64,000 bases of DNA from an uncultured bacterium (GTDB lineage: Bacteria > Hydrogenedentota > Hydrogenedentia > Hydrogenedentales > JAEUWI01): the NCBI GenBank assembly GCA_963977445.1, contig CAXBPH010000005.1:72-64071 (forward strand), in the 5' to 3' direction. Shown here one piece after another: positions 45,841 to 55,456 of this stretch (position 1 is its first letter; each line of letters opens with the position of its first letter). Position numbers and translations under genes: made by a program. A model generated the notes under the pieces. It saw only the letters and a list, made by a program, of their open reading frames with translations. It was not told where the DNA came from and ran no database searches.

Positions 45841-46038
45841 ACGGGCGACTCGGGGCGCGATAGATTCCCATTCCCACCGGGCACGACGAAACTTAGTTCA
45901 CCCCGGCACAGTCCCATGTACCAAAGTAAGAGAGGGTGATTCAGGTAGCGCTGTTCTCAAATCAAGGCCTGCCCGAATTTTACCAAAAACCGCAACGCGG
46001 CCACGTGCCGTAGCCAGACCATGGGAAGGTTTCCATCA

Positions 46039-46578
46039 ATGTCCACTCCGTTTCTAAAATCACTGCTCATTCCCGCATTCGCCATCGTGTTCGTTTTCAC
46101 CGGCGCACTCAACGCCACCGCTGATAATCATGAGAGCGACGAGTTGACACAGGCCATTGCCCAGCTCAATGCGGAGCAGAAAGCGGCCCTGCTCGTACTG
46201 GTAAAAGGCATCGTCGAGGCCAAGGCACCTGCCGTGTCCCCCAAAGAGGGTGCCATGAAGACCGTTGCCGCCTACGTTAAAGCCGCGGAGGAGGGCGATA
46301 TCGACAGCCTGCTCGCGTGCTTCTCTGAGGAATTTGACCACTACGAACTCGGCGACAAAGCAGGCCTTCGCAAATTTATTGAAGGCGTCGAAGCAGAAGG
46401 GATGCTCGAAGATATCACCGGGACCACCGAAGAGGCGGAAGCCGAAGTCGATGGCGAGACGGTCACCGTGTACCCCGTAGAACTTGAAGGCATCTTCGGC
46501 ACCGTCACCTACGAATTCGAGCTTAAGGCCGAAGGTGACGCATGGAAAATTGTAGCCTTTGAAATGACCGGGGGCTGA
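46039..46578 (+). CDS. Secreted hypothetical protein (NTF2/SnoaL-like fold suspected)
   Basis: Signal peptide MSTPFLKSLLIPAFAIVFVFTGALNA. About 180 aa. GGAAGG lies 9 nt upstream. The alternative ATG at 46021 lacks an RBS. Confidence 0.55.
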   Translation: MSTPFLKSLLIPAFAIVFVFTGALNATADNHESDELTQAIAQLNAEQKAALLVLVKGIVEAKAPAVSPKEGAMKTVAAYVKAAEEGDIDSLLACFSEEFDHYELGDKAGLRKFIEGVEAEGMLEDITGTTEEAEAEVDGETVTVYPVELEGIFGTVTYEFELKAEGDAWKIVAFEMTGG

Positions 46579-46599
46579 TCAACCCTGGTCGACTATTCC

Positions 46600-46640
46600 G
46601 GGCTGGAGCCGCAATGTGTGGCTCCAGCCCGTTTTTGTTT
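46600..46640 (+). terminator. Rho-independent terminator
   Basis: GGGCTGGAGCC / GGCTCCAGCCC 11-bp stem followed by GTTTTTGTTT. Confidence 0.8.
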
Positions 46641-46723
46641 CTAATTGACCCTTCCATTTCCCCTCTCGGCAATTATAAAAACATGCTATGATTCGTCCAA
46701 CCTAACTGCACCCGGATACTTGG

Positions 46724-48835
46724 ATGACCATTCACAAGAAAATTCTACTCTTGCTGCTTCTCAGCGTATCGCTATACACCGTACTGGGCGTTTCCTTCCA
46801 GCGCTATCTCATACTTCCAGATTTCGAGGCGCTGGAAACCGAAGAAGCACGGAAAAATATGGATCGTTGTCTCGAGGCACTGCACCGCGAGGTACACCAC
46901 CTCGACATGTTCTGTTTTGATTGGGCCGCCTGGGACGATACCTTCGAATTTATGGCGGAGCCCACGGAGGCCTACAAGACGTCAAACCTGAGTCCGGCCT
47001 CCTTTATCGACAACGATATTAATTTCATCTATTTCTTTGACCGACGTGGGAACCTCGTCTGGGGTCGCTACTATGATCTTGAGACGGAAGAACCAGAAGA
47101 TTTCCCTGATTTCCAACAGGGTCTCATGGCCGCGACCCACCCCCTACTGAACCCCGGACCCCGCGACGAATCGCACCAAGGCCTGATAAACACCAGCAAA
47201 GGTGTAATGCTTTTTGCGTGCCGTAGCATCCTCCCCAGTGAAGAAGTAGTGGGAGAAGAAAACCGGGGCACCATGATCATGGCACGATTACTCAACGACG
47301 AAATTCTCAATGAAATACAAGAACAGGTCCAGGTGGCCCTCGAGGTGTTTCCAGCAGATAGCAAAATGCTCCCCCCGGAGGCGATGAATCTGGACCTCAA
47401 CGAAGAGCGTATCGACGACGACGACCAGAACACACTCACTGTATCGACCCTCGTACCAGATTTTTTTAATGAGCCCGCACTCTACTTCATTATTCGCGGG
47501 CCCCGTGAAATCATGGCCCGTGGTGTCGAAGCCGTCCGTCTGCAGACCCTCGTCGCTGTCGCCACCGGCCTCCTGTTTACCCTCTTGCTTGCGGCCTCCA
47601 TGGGGAGCCTGGTTTCCAGGCCGCTGCACATGTTGAGTGAACAGGCCCAAAAATTCCACCTGGGCAGTGGGCCAATCCCTCACTGGACTATCCGGCGCAA
47701 CGACGAAATTGGACGGCTCGCAAAAGACTTCAATAACATGATGCGGCGGGTCCGCGACGAGGAGATCGAGCGGCGTACGACGGAAACCGCATTGCGTAAC
47801 AGTGAAGCGCGATTGGACACAATCCTGAAGACCGCGCCCGATGCTATCGTCGTTACCAACGCGAAGGGTTACATTGAATCCGCCAACGACGCCGCCGCCA
47901 AACTCTTCGGTTACGATATTGATGGGTTAACTGGCCTGACCGGACGCCACTTTCTGGCCGAGGAAGAACAGACGTTCTGGATCGAAGCCACAGCCAACTA
48001 CGCGGCCAACCCCGGCGCCGAACCCTTCACGGCCAATCGTGAATCAGCAATTCGCAATCGCGAAGGCCTTATCCACCCCGTACATATAAGTGTGACCTCT
48101 ATGCTGCTGGAGGGGGAGGTCTATTTCACCTCGGCCATCCGCGATATATCCGAGATGCAAGAAATGCAAGAATCCATGGCTCGGGCCCGCCATCTGGCCA
48201 CCGTCGGCGAAATGGGAGCCTCCGTTGCCCACGAAATTCGGAATCCTCTGGCAGGCATGCGGGGTGCCATAGAGCTTCTGCAGGGCAATGGTCTGGACGA
48301 GGCAGAAGAAAAAATCGCTCTGGACGGACTGGCCGAGTCGGTCGATCGAATCGCCCACACCGTCGACCAACTTCTGAGCTATGCCAAGCCCATTTCCCCC
48401 CGCAGCTGTACCTTTTTGATTCGGCCCTTAATCGAGGCCGTCGTGGACAAATCAATCAATTCATCAGGCGGAAGTATCACGATCGATTGCCCGGAAGATA
48501 CTTCCATTAATGCCGACCCCGCATTGTTCCGCCAGGTACTGGAGAATATTTGGTCCAACGCGGTGCAGGCAGCAGGGCCATCGGGAACCTTTAATTGGGC
48601 AGTTGCCCTCCAAGACGGATCCACGAAAATAATCCTGAGCGATAATGGCCCCGGTATAGAACAATCGAGCCGCGAACGACTCTTTGAACCTTTTTTCACC
48701 ACCCGGGTGAATGGGACCGGACTGGGGCTGTCCATATCACATCGCATCATAGAAGCCCATCATGGTACCATTTATCTGGATGATGGGGATCCCGTGGGCG
48801 TATGCGTCGTCATTTTACTGAGTGAAGGAGTATAG
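46724..48835 (+). CDS. Sensor histidine kinase with CHASE4-like periplasmic domain, HAMP, PAS, HisKA and HATPase_c
   Basis: N-terminal TM, then LPDFEALETEEARKNMDRCL...DWAAWDDTFEFM (CHASE4-like). H-box SVAHEIRNPL. G-boxes DNGPGI and GTGLGLS. Confidence 0.8.
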   Translation: MTIHKKILLLLLLSVSLYTVLGVSFQRYLILPDFEALETEEARKNMDRCLEALHREVHHLDMFCFDWAAWDDTFEFMAEPTEAYKTSNLSPASFIDNDINFIYFFDRRGNLVWGRYYDLETEEPEDFPDFQQGLMAATHPLLNPGPRDESHQGLINTSKGVMLFACRSILPSEEVVGEENRGTMIMARLLNDEILNEIQEQVQVALEVFPADSKMLPPEAMNLDLNEERIDDDDQNTLTVSTLVPDFFNEPALYFIIRGPREIMARGVEAVRLQTLVAVATGLLFTLLLAASMGSLVSRPLHMLSEQAQKFHLGSGPIPHWTIRRNDEIGRLAKDFNNMMRRVRDEEIERRTTETALRNSEARLDTILKTAPDAIVVTNAKGYIESANDAAAKLFGYDIDGLTGLTGRHFLAEEEQTFWIEATANYAANPGAEPFTANRESAIRNREGLIHPVHISVTSMLLEGEVYFTSAIRDISEMQEMQESMARARHLATVGEMGASVAHEIRNPLAGMRGAIELLQGNGLDEAEEKIALDGLAESVDRIAHTVDQLLSYAKPISPRSCTFLIRPLIEAVVDKSINSSGGSITIDCPEDTSINADPALFRQVLENIWSNAVQAAGPSGTFNWAVALQDGSTKIILSDNGPGIEQSSRERLFEPFFTTRVNGTGLGLSISHRIIEAHHGTIYLDDGDPVGVCVVILLSEGV

Positions 48836-48837
48836 TT

Positions 48838-50217
48838 GTGTCGGGATCGGTACTGGTTGTAGACGATGAAAAAATGATCCGATGGTCTCTGAAGCAACGT
48901 TTAGAGCAAGACGGCTTTCAGGTAACCGACGCCGAAGACGGCAATACGGCCCGTGAACATTTTCACCGGGATTCCTATGAAGTCGCACTCTTTGATATGC
49001 GGCTTCCCGATACGGACGGCATGACCCTGCTCCAGGAGTTCCACGATCTCCAGCCCGACACGCCCGTCATCATCATTACGGGCTACTCCAGCCTGGAGGG
49101 CGCAGTGGACGCCATCAAACGAGGAGCAGCCGACTATCTCTCCAAGCCCTTCGACCTGGATGAATTGAGCATTACCGTACAACGGGTCCACGACAGCAGT
49201 GTAATGCGCCGGAATCTCGACACCGATTTAAATCAAAAGCGCTCGCAGTTTGGCCTGGACAACATCATTGGTGGCAGTCGGAAAATACAGGAAATAAAGT
49301 CCCTCGTCCGCAAGGTGGCCTTGGGCCAGAACACGACAATTCTACTCCTCGGCGAGAGCGGCACCGGCAAAGATCTTGTGGCCCGGGCCCTCCACTATGA
49401 ATCTACCCGAGACGCCCACCCCTTCATGAATATTACCTGCACCGCCCTGCCCGAAACCCTGCTGGAATCGGAGCTGTTCGGCTACGAAGCGGGTGCCTTC
49501 ACCAACGCAACGGGGCGAAAGAAGGGCCTGATCGAGCTTGCCAATCGGGGCACCGTGTTCATGGACGAAATCGGCGATATGGCCCCCACCCTGCAAGCCA
49601 AGGTGTTGCGGGTTCTCGAAGACAAGAGTTTCAAACGCATCGGTGGTGTCACCGATATTCACGTTGACATGCGGCTGGTCGCGGCAACCAATCGAAACCT
49701 GGATAAGATGGTCCACGAGGGCACCTTTCGGGAAGATTTGTATTACCGACTGAATGTGGTCCCCATCCACATGCCCCCCCTTCGCGAACGGATCGGCGAC
49801 GTACCGGTTCTCGCTCAGTATTTTCTCAATATCTTCAATCGGGAATTCCGGAAAAACCTGGCAGGGTTTTCATCCGATGCCCTGGAGCGCCTGAACACCT
49901 ACTCCTGGCCGGGCAACGTGCGTGAGTTGAGAAACGTCATCGAGCGGGCCGTTTTGCTCAACGAAGGTCACGCGGTAGAAAAAAATGATATCGTCCTCGG
50001 CCGGGCCTCCTTCAATATACCGCGAGATACCTACGGTGAGATTGTTTTGTTGCCCCCGGAGGGTTGTGAGCTGGCTGCGGCAGAGAAAAGCCTACTTCGC
50101 CAGGCCTTGATCCGCACCAAGTGGAACCAGACCCATGCGGGCGCCCTACTGGGCATTTCCCGGGATCAGGTTCGGTATAAGATGGAAAAATTTGACCTCA
50201 AGACGCCGCCCAGCTGA
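48838..50217 (+). CDS. Sigma-54-dependent response regulator (NtrC family enhancer-binding protein)
   Basis: Receiver domain (LFDMRLPDTDG), AAA+ GESGTGKDLVARALH, GAFTNA (a GAFTGA variant), C-terminal Fis-type HTH. The GTG start is 2 nt after the kinase stop. Confidence 0.9.
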   Translation: MSGSVLVVDDEKMIRWSLKQRLEQDGFQVTDAEDGNTAREHFHRDSYEVALFDMRLPDTDGMTLLQEFHDLQPDTPVIIITGYSSLEGAVDAIKRGAADYLSKPFDLDELSITVQRVHDSSVMRRNLDTDLNQKRSQFGLDNIIGGSRKIQEIKSLVRKVALGQNTTILLLGESGTGKDLVARALHYESTRDAHPFMNITCTALPETLLESELFGYEAGAFTNATGRKKGLIELANRGTVFMDEIGDMAPTLQAKVLRVLEDKSFKRIGGVTDIHVDMRLVAATNRNLDKMVHEGTFREDLYYRLNVVPIHMPPLRERIGDVPVLAQYFLNIFNREFRKNLAGFSSDALERLNTYSWPGNVRELRNVIERAVLLNEGHAVEKNDIVLGRASFNIPRDTYGEIVLLPPEGCELAAAEKSLLRQALIRTKWNQTHAGALLGISRDQVRYKMEKFDLKTPPS

Positions 50218-50605
50218 TTTGGAGCGCTAGTGGATTGAGTGATACTTGAAGGCCTTTATAGTCCCATGAAATTGAGTAGGAACCCGGTATAGATTGCCCT
50301 CCTTGGAGAGGTCAGCGGTGGGTCAGAGCATCTTGAAAGTCTCAACCCACCCCCTGCCCCTCCCCAAGAGGGGAGTTATTCTCCGCGCTTTATGCCATAC
50401 GAAGTGCCGGGATAATGACCCATCAGGGTGATTCAGACCACTAGTTACTATTTTTACGACCGACACCGTGTGCGCAACTTAACACGGCAACTGCGTCAAA
50501 TAACCCACTTTCTGTCAATTACGCAATAGACCCCGCCCGGATCGCGTGCACCTAAGTCTCTATAAATAAGACACTTAACGACGAACATACACCCATATAT
50601 CTCCT

Positions 50606-50621
50606 TGGCACGATCCATGCG
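50606..50621 (+). promoter_or_regulatory. Sigma-54 (-24/-12) promoter candidate for pseudopilin cassette 1
   Basis: TGGCACG-ATCC-ATGCG has a perfect -24 element and correct spacing; the -12 is ATGC rather than TTGC. It is about 55 nt upstream of the ATG at 50675 and immediately downstream of the sigma-54 activator gene. Confidence 0.55.
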
Positions 50622-50674
50622 TCTCTCTATCGGTAGTGTCAATCAATATCCCCAAAACAAAAGGAGATGGTCCA

Positions 50675-51112
50675 ATGAAGCGAAATGTTACCGCCCAGTC
50701 AGGAATGAGTCTGCTGGAAGTCACCTTCGCCGCCGGCATTATGGCAACCGCCCTGTCCCTCCTTTTTGGTTCGTTAATCAGCATCAGCCTGCTGGGCAAA
50801 CTGAATGAGGACAAGGCCGTCGCCAATACAGAGCTCGCGAGCCTCCTGGAAGCGATACGTTCCCTGGAATACAACGATCTCCTGACCTACACCCCCGACG
50901 CCCCCAATGCCCCCGGCGTCGAACGCACGGTGAGCCTGGCGTGTTATGACGCCGATGGGGCTGCCGTGAACTTGCCGCTTGTCAGCAATGAGCTGGGCGA
51001 AATCGATGTGCCTCCCTTGCCCAACCCCCTGGAAGTCCAGGTCACCTTGCTCTGGCGCAATGAAAAGGGTCACGTCTTCCAGGCCCATTCGACAACTTCG
51101 GTAGGACGCTGA
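50675..51112 (+). CDS. Prepilin-type N-terminal domain protein, GspI-like minor pseudopilin (cassette 1, A1)
   Basis: AAGGAG RBS. QSG|MSLLEVTFAAGIMATALSLLF is a class III signal (G / hydrophobic / Glu+5). 145 aa. Confidence 0.75.
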   Translation: MKRNVTAQSGMSLLEVTFAAGIMATALSLLFGSLISISLLGKLNEDKAVANTELASLLEAIRSLEYNDLLTYTPDAPNAPGVERTVSLACYDADGAAVNLPLVSNELGEIDVPPLPNPLEVQVTLLWRNEKGHVFQAHSTTSVGR

Positions 51113-51113
51113 G

Positions 51114-51731
51114 ATGAGAACGCATACGCGAAATACGAATCAACGCGGCATGACCCTACTCGAGCTCATGATGGCCATGAGTATTCTCTCGATAGTCATG
51201 GGTGTACTCTTCACGCTGTCCATAAGTATTGGCGATACGGCAAAGCTGCAGGACGTCAACGTGGTAAACAATGACGAAGCCCGACGCGCCATGATAGCCG
51301 TTGTGCCCCGCCTTCGGCAGGCCCAGACGGCTTCCATAAATACCGGGAGTCTTCCGGGCGATGTACTCACCTTTCGCATGCCTTCCGATATTGACGGCAA
51401 TGGCACGGCAGTCAACGTGAGTGGCGCGCTGGAAATTGGAGACCTTATCACCCTGCAGCGAGACGTGGACGACGTCAACAACGATGGCGTATCCAGCGAG
51501 CAATTGATCATGACGGTCGGCAATACGGTCCAGGTACTCGCCAATCAGCTTTCCCCTGATGCGGGTCCGGGCCCGGTCGCCGACGGCGCAACTCCTGGAG
51601 AAAACACGGCCGGCTTTTGGGTGGAAGAAGAAAATGGTGGCATACGATTAACCATACGAACTCAGGGTAAGTCCCGGCGCGGAACGCTGATTCGTCAACA
51701 GTTCACCGAGCTGGTGAATCCGAGGAACTAA
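51114..51731 (+). CDS. Prepilin-type N-terminal domain protein, GspJ-like minor pseudopilin (B1)
   Basis: QRG|MTLLELMMAMSILSIVMGVLF. 205 aa. The start is 1 nt after the A1 stop. Confidence 0.75.
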   Translation: MRTHTRNTNQRGMTLLELMMAMSILSIVMGVLFTLSISIGDTAKLQDVNVVNNDEARRAMIAVVPRLRQAQTASINTGSLPGDVLTFRMPSDIDGNGTAVNVSGALEIGDLITLQRDVDDVNNDGVSSEQLIMTVGNTVQVLANQLSPDAGPGPVADGATPGENTAGFWVEEENGGIRLTIRTQGKSRRGTLIRQQFTELVNPRN

Positions 51732-51733
51732 CT

Positions 51734-53458
51734 ATGCCAACTAAACAACGAGTTCGAAAAAATAACGAGGGCATGGCCCTCATGATGGCCGTATTTTTCA
51801 TCGCAATCGGTCTGATAATTGTCGGCAGCCTCATGGGTCGCATGTTGCAGCAACGCAAGGTCGTGGACCACTACGAAGATTATGTAACGACCTTTCAGGG
51901 CCTGGAAGGGGCCATCAGCGCCAGCAAAGTGGAACTGGAAACCGGCGAGGACGGCATCCTGGGAATGGAGAGCTGGACTCCCCAATGGGATGTCAATAAT
52001 ACCCTGTTACTGCCCGAAATCGATGCCGACGGTGTAAACGCCCAGACCATGAATACCATGACCGATGTGAAGTTTGCCACCTACACCGTAGACTGGGCCA
52101 ATGACGGACGGGACAGCAATGGCGATGGCATCGTAGACAGCACGGCCGAAAACTGGATGTATACCGTTTATGCCATGGCCAGCAATGGTCAATCCAATCG
52201 AAAAGTCGAAGTGGTCTATGAAGGCAGCAACGTGAACGTGTGGGAAAACGCCATCTTCGCCGGCTCTGGCCAGGCCGGTGGTCTGATTAACGGCAACGTC
52301 AGCATCCACGGCTCGGTCCACCTGTTGGGAGACAGTCTCATCGTTGGTGCCCTGGCGCTGGCTGCCATTGACCTGAGTGGCACCAGTCTTATTCACAACA
52401 ATTACCGAGGTATTCCTGGCGCATTGGAGGCGCGCATTCCCCCATTGCCCCAAACGATTTTCGAAGGTGAAACCGTCTACACCCTGGAGGCCAAACTACG
52501 GGCCAGATCTGGACTTGTGGGCATGTCGGGAAATTCGGAAATCGGAGAACCCCAGATCGTTGGCAACAACTTCAAAGAAACCATGGATGGATTATTTGTG
52601 ACCAGCGGCTGGACCGGAAACTCCGTGATCGACGACGGTAATCGGGGTGACCCTTCGGCTGCCTTCAGCGACAACGGCTGGGACGAGTCCTATGACTTGG
52701 GCGACAAAGTACCGTTCCCGCTCCTTTCCGACGATTGGCGCGATGCGACGAACGGCGCCAAGGTGCAAAATCCTGCGACGGGTACGTGGTATTCCCACGA
52801 AGATTACTTCAGTGAAGTCTTGCTCGCCGATCCAGATGTGACCAACGACGGCATCTTCAACGGGAACATCGTCCTCAACGCACGAGGATCGAGTTTCTAC
52901 TGGAACGCCACCACGGGTGAAACCCTTTCCGGCTCCCTGCCAGCAACCGCCCCCGGAGCCAATGACGACTACATCATCTTTGACCCGTCGGCGAACACGC
53001 TGAAAGTCAATGGTCAGGTGCGCATCAACGGAAACCTTTCCTTTAGCGGTCAAGGTGGCGACCGAACCATCAACTACAGTGGGCGCGCCGCCCTCATGGT
53101 CTACGGCGACGTCGCTATTGATGCCAATCTGGTTACGTGTAACAATGGAAACAAGAATGACACGGCAAACAGTTTCCCCGTGAACAACATCATCGGCATT
53201 ATGGCATCAAACAACATGGTCGTGGGCTCCACGTCACAGTTGGATATCATGGGTGCCTTCTACGCCCAGAATAAGATCACCTCGGCAAAACAGACCAACG
53301 TGATCGGAACCTTCGTTTCCAACTACTTCGATATGGGCACCAACGTTCCCAATATTTATCAGGTCCCTGCATTGGCGGATAACTTGCCGCTGGGGATGAT
53401 CGGGAATTACCCGATCCTGGCCGTCTCACAAGTTTCCTGGAGAGAGTTGGGTATATGA
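51734..53458 (+). CDS. Large GspK/PilX-like pseudopilin-related protein lacking Glu+5 (C1)
   Basis: NNEG|MALMMAVFFIAIGLIIVGSLMG has a hydrophobic N-terminus with no Glu5, as in GspK/PilX. 574 aa, with Gly/Asn-rich beta-like repeats (NVNVWENAIFAGSGQAGGLINGNVSIHGSVHLLGD). Confidence 0.65.
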   Translation: MPTKQRVRKNNEGMALMMAVFFIAIGLIIVGSLMGRMLQQRKVVDHYEDYVTTFQGLEGAISASKVELETGEDGILGMESWTPQWDVNNTLLLPEIDADGVNAQTMNTMTDVKFATYTVDWANDGRDSNGDGIVDSTAENWMYTVYAMASNGQSNRKVEVVYEGSNVNVWENAIFAGSGQAGGLINGNVSIHGSVHLLGDSLIVGALALAAIDLSGTSLIHNNYRGIPGALEARIPPLPQTIFEGETVYTLEAKLRARSGLVGMSGNSEIGEPQIVGNNFKETMDGLFVTSGWTGNSVIDDGNRGDPSAAFSDNGWDESYDLGDKVPFPLLSDDWRDATNGAKVQNPATGTWYSHEDYFSEVLLADPDVTNDGIFNGNIVLNARGSSFYWNATTGETLSGSLPATAPGANDDYIIFDPSANTLKVNGQVRINGNLSFSGQGGDRTINYSGRAALMVYGDVAIDANLVTCNNGNKNDTANSFPVNNIIGIMASNNMVVGSTSQLDIMGAFYAQNKITSAKQTNVIGTFVSNYFDMGTNVPNIYQVPALADNLPLGMIGNYPILAVSQVSWRELGI

Positions 53459-54021
53459 GCACCGAAGAAGATGGCAAGCTGAACTGGATAATTCGCCACT
53501 GGTATATCTGGATAGCCTTTCTGGCTATCGGTGTCGCCATCGGAATCGGACAGAGCGCCGGGCCAACGCCGGATACGGCGGCCCCCAAAGGAACGCAAAA
53601 CTCGACGCAGGAGGATCTCCGCAAGGAATTCAGCGAAAAGTTGGCCGCCCAGGAAGAAAATGCGGCCACTACCGAAGAGAAGACCACCGACACCGTAATT
53701 CAGGAACATCAGCAGCGTCTCGACGAACTGGAGAAAAATCCAGCGCCCGATGAGTCCGCAGCGCTACTGAGCGCCCTGGGAAATCTCCACAAGCAGAAGA
53801 AACGGGATTATAAGGCTGCCGCCGGATATTACGAACAGCTCATCGAGAAATATCCCGACTGGCCCGGTGTCAACGCGATTTACCATCAGCTCATCTCCTG
53901 CTATACCCTGCTGGATGATCAGATCAGTTTGCGAATCCTGTATCGAAAAATGGTTGACGTATTTCCTCCCGAGAGCAAGGAATATGAATACGCCAATGCT
54001 GTGCTGGACGGCAAACTCTAG
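53455..54021 (+). CDS. Single-TM protein with a TPR-like C-terminal domain (D1)
   Basis: ATGA overlap with C1. TM segment WYIWIAFLAIGVAIGIG. C-terminal LGNLHKQKKRDYKAAAGYYEQLIEKYPDW... looks TPR-like. Confidence 0.6.
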   Translation: MSTEEDGKLNWIIRHWYIWIAFLAIGVAIGIGQSAGPTPDTAAPKGTQNSTQEDLRKEFSEKLAAQEENAATTEEKTTDTVIQEHQQRLDELEKNPAPDESAALLSALGNLHKQKKRDYKAAAGYYEQLIEKYPDWPGVNAIYHQLISCYTLLDDQISLRILYRKMVDVFPPESKEYEYANAVLDGKL

Positions 54022-54355
54022 GAGTCTGGGTTTGTGCCATACAACGGCTTGGCGGGTATAATGGCTCCAAATTTGAACGCATTTTCCGACCGACAGGTCA
54101 GCCCGTCCCATTAAATTGCTATTACGTGGTCAAAATGGACGTCCTTACGGTAGGATTGGAAAACCATTTCTCAGTATATTTTTTGCAGGCCCTACACAAC
54201 GAGCACGTCGAAAATTACTCTCAAACACCCGTACAACAATGACTTACAGCAATAGTAATACTTCTATTGCCGATAACATCCTTCCTCACCCAACCCAAAG
54301 CATAAATTATTGTCATTTTCGAGAATAATGTAGCGCCATCGATTGTTAGACTACA

Positions 54356-54364
54356 TGGTAGAAT
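54356..54364 (+). promoter_or_regulatory. Possible extended -10 sigma-70 promoter for cassette 2
   Basis: TGGTAGAAT (TGn + TAGAAT) lies 15 nt before the GTG at 54379 and 45 nt before the ATG at 54409. There is no good -35 element. Confidence 0.25.
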
Positions 54365-54408
54365 AGTGTCAGGCAACAGTGGTTTATATTTGGCAGAATG
54401 GCAAGCGC

Positions 54409-54840
54409 ATGAAATGTGTCCTTAAACATAATGCGGGACTTAGTCTCCTCGAACTTACGTTCGCGTCGGGAATACTTGCGATGGCCCTCTCGCTCCTCTT
54501 CGGCTCGTTGATCTCTATCACCCTGGTCGCGCGGCTCAACGAAGACAAGTCGGTGGCCGGAACGATCCTGTCGAGCGTATTGGAAGACGTGTCCGGTAAG
54601 TCCTGGAAAGAGTTGCAGGCGTGGGAAGCCCCCATGCTGACCCAGCCCGGCACAAAACGGGCCGTAACGCTGGCCTGCTTCGACGCAGAGGGTAACGCTA
54701 TCCCCCTGCCCATGGCGGAAGAAGGAGACGGCGAAATGCCCCCCCTCCCCAATCCCCTCGAGATTCAGGCAACGCTTCTCTGGAGTGATTCCAGGGGCCA
54801 CGTTTATCAATCCGAAGCCACCATGTTGATGGCACGCTGA
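54409..54840 (+). CDS. GspI-like minor pseudopilin, paralogue of A1 (A2)
   Basis: NAG|LSLLELTFASGILAMALSLLFGSLISI aligns along its full length with A1 (shared ...PPLPNPLE.Q.TLLW...GHV.Q). The start could instead be the GTG at 54379. Confidence 0.7.
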   Translation: MKCVLKHNAGLSLLELTFASGILAMALSLLFGSLISITLVARLNEDKSVAGTILSSVLEDVSGKSWKELQAWEAPMLTQPGTKRAVTLACFDAEGNAIPLPMAEEGDGEMPPLPNPLEIQATLLWSDSRGHVYQSEATMLMAR

Positions 54841-54841
54841 T

Positions 54842-55456
54842 ATGGCCAGATGTGCGATGACCTCCAACGCGGGAACGACCCTGCTCGAACTTACCTTCGC
54901 CATGGCTATTCTCACCATTGTCATGGGCGCCCTCTTCACCATGTCACAGAGCATTGGAGACACGGCCAAAGTACAGGACGTCAAAATTATCGCGGTGGAC
55001 GAGGGCCGTCGTGCCCTCTTGGGGCTCATCCCGCCACTGCGCCAGGCACAGGCGCTCAGCATCAACTACGAAAAATTACCTGCTGACGTGTTGCGCTTTC
55101 GCATTCCGGCCGACAACGACGGCAATGGCTTGGCCATCAATGCTGCCAATGTGATAGAGCTGGGCGAAGAAATCATTGTTCGGCGAGATGTGGACGACGA
55201 GAATGGTGATGGAATTTCCAGCAGCCAACTCATAATGTTCCAAGACGACAGCATGACCGTCCTGGCCAATCACCTGTCTCCCGATGCCGGACCGACGTTA
55301 ATCCCAGGGACAACCCAGTTGACAAAGAATACCGCGGGCTTCTGGGTAGAAAAAAATGATGGGGCCCTATCTATAACAATCCGCACGCAGGGGAAGGACC
55401 GAAAAGGGCGCATACTACGGCAGGAGTATACCCAGCTCGTGAAACCAAGGAATTAA
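54842..55456 (+). CDS. GspJ-like minor pseudopilin, paralogue of B1 (B2)
   Basis: NAG|TTLLELTFAMAILTIVMGALF. Shares SIGDTAK.QDV, RRDVDD.N.DG.SS.QLIM, NTAGFWVE and ITIRTQGK with B1. Confidence 0.75.
   Translation: MARCAMTSNAGTTLLELTFAMAILTIVMGALFTMSQSIGDTAKVQDVKIIAVDEGRRALLGLIPPLRQAQALSINYEKLPADVLRFRIPADNDGNGLAINAANVIELGEEIIVRRDVDDENGDGISSSQLIMFQDDSMTVLANHLSPDAGPTLIPGTTQLTKNTAGFWVEKNDGALSITIRTQGKDRKGRILRQEYTQLVKPRN

Noticed and set aside
54391-54406. TGGCAG-AATGG-CAAGC upstream of cassette 2 as a sigma-54 promoter
   Set aside because: The GG to GC spacing is off by one. The motif ends 3 nt before the ATG at 54409 and lies inside the alternative GTG-started ORF, leaving no room for a transcript start.
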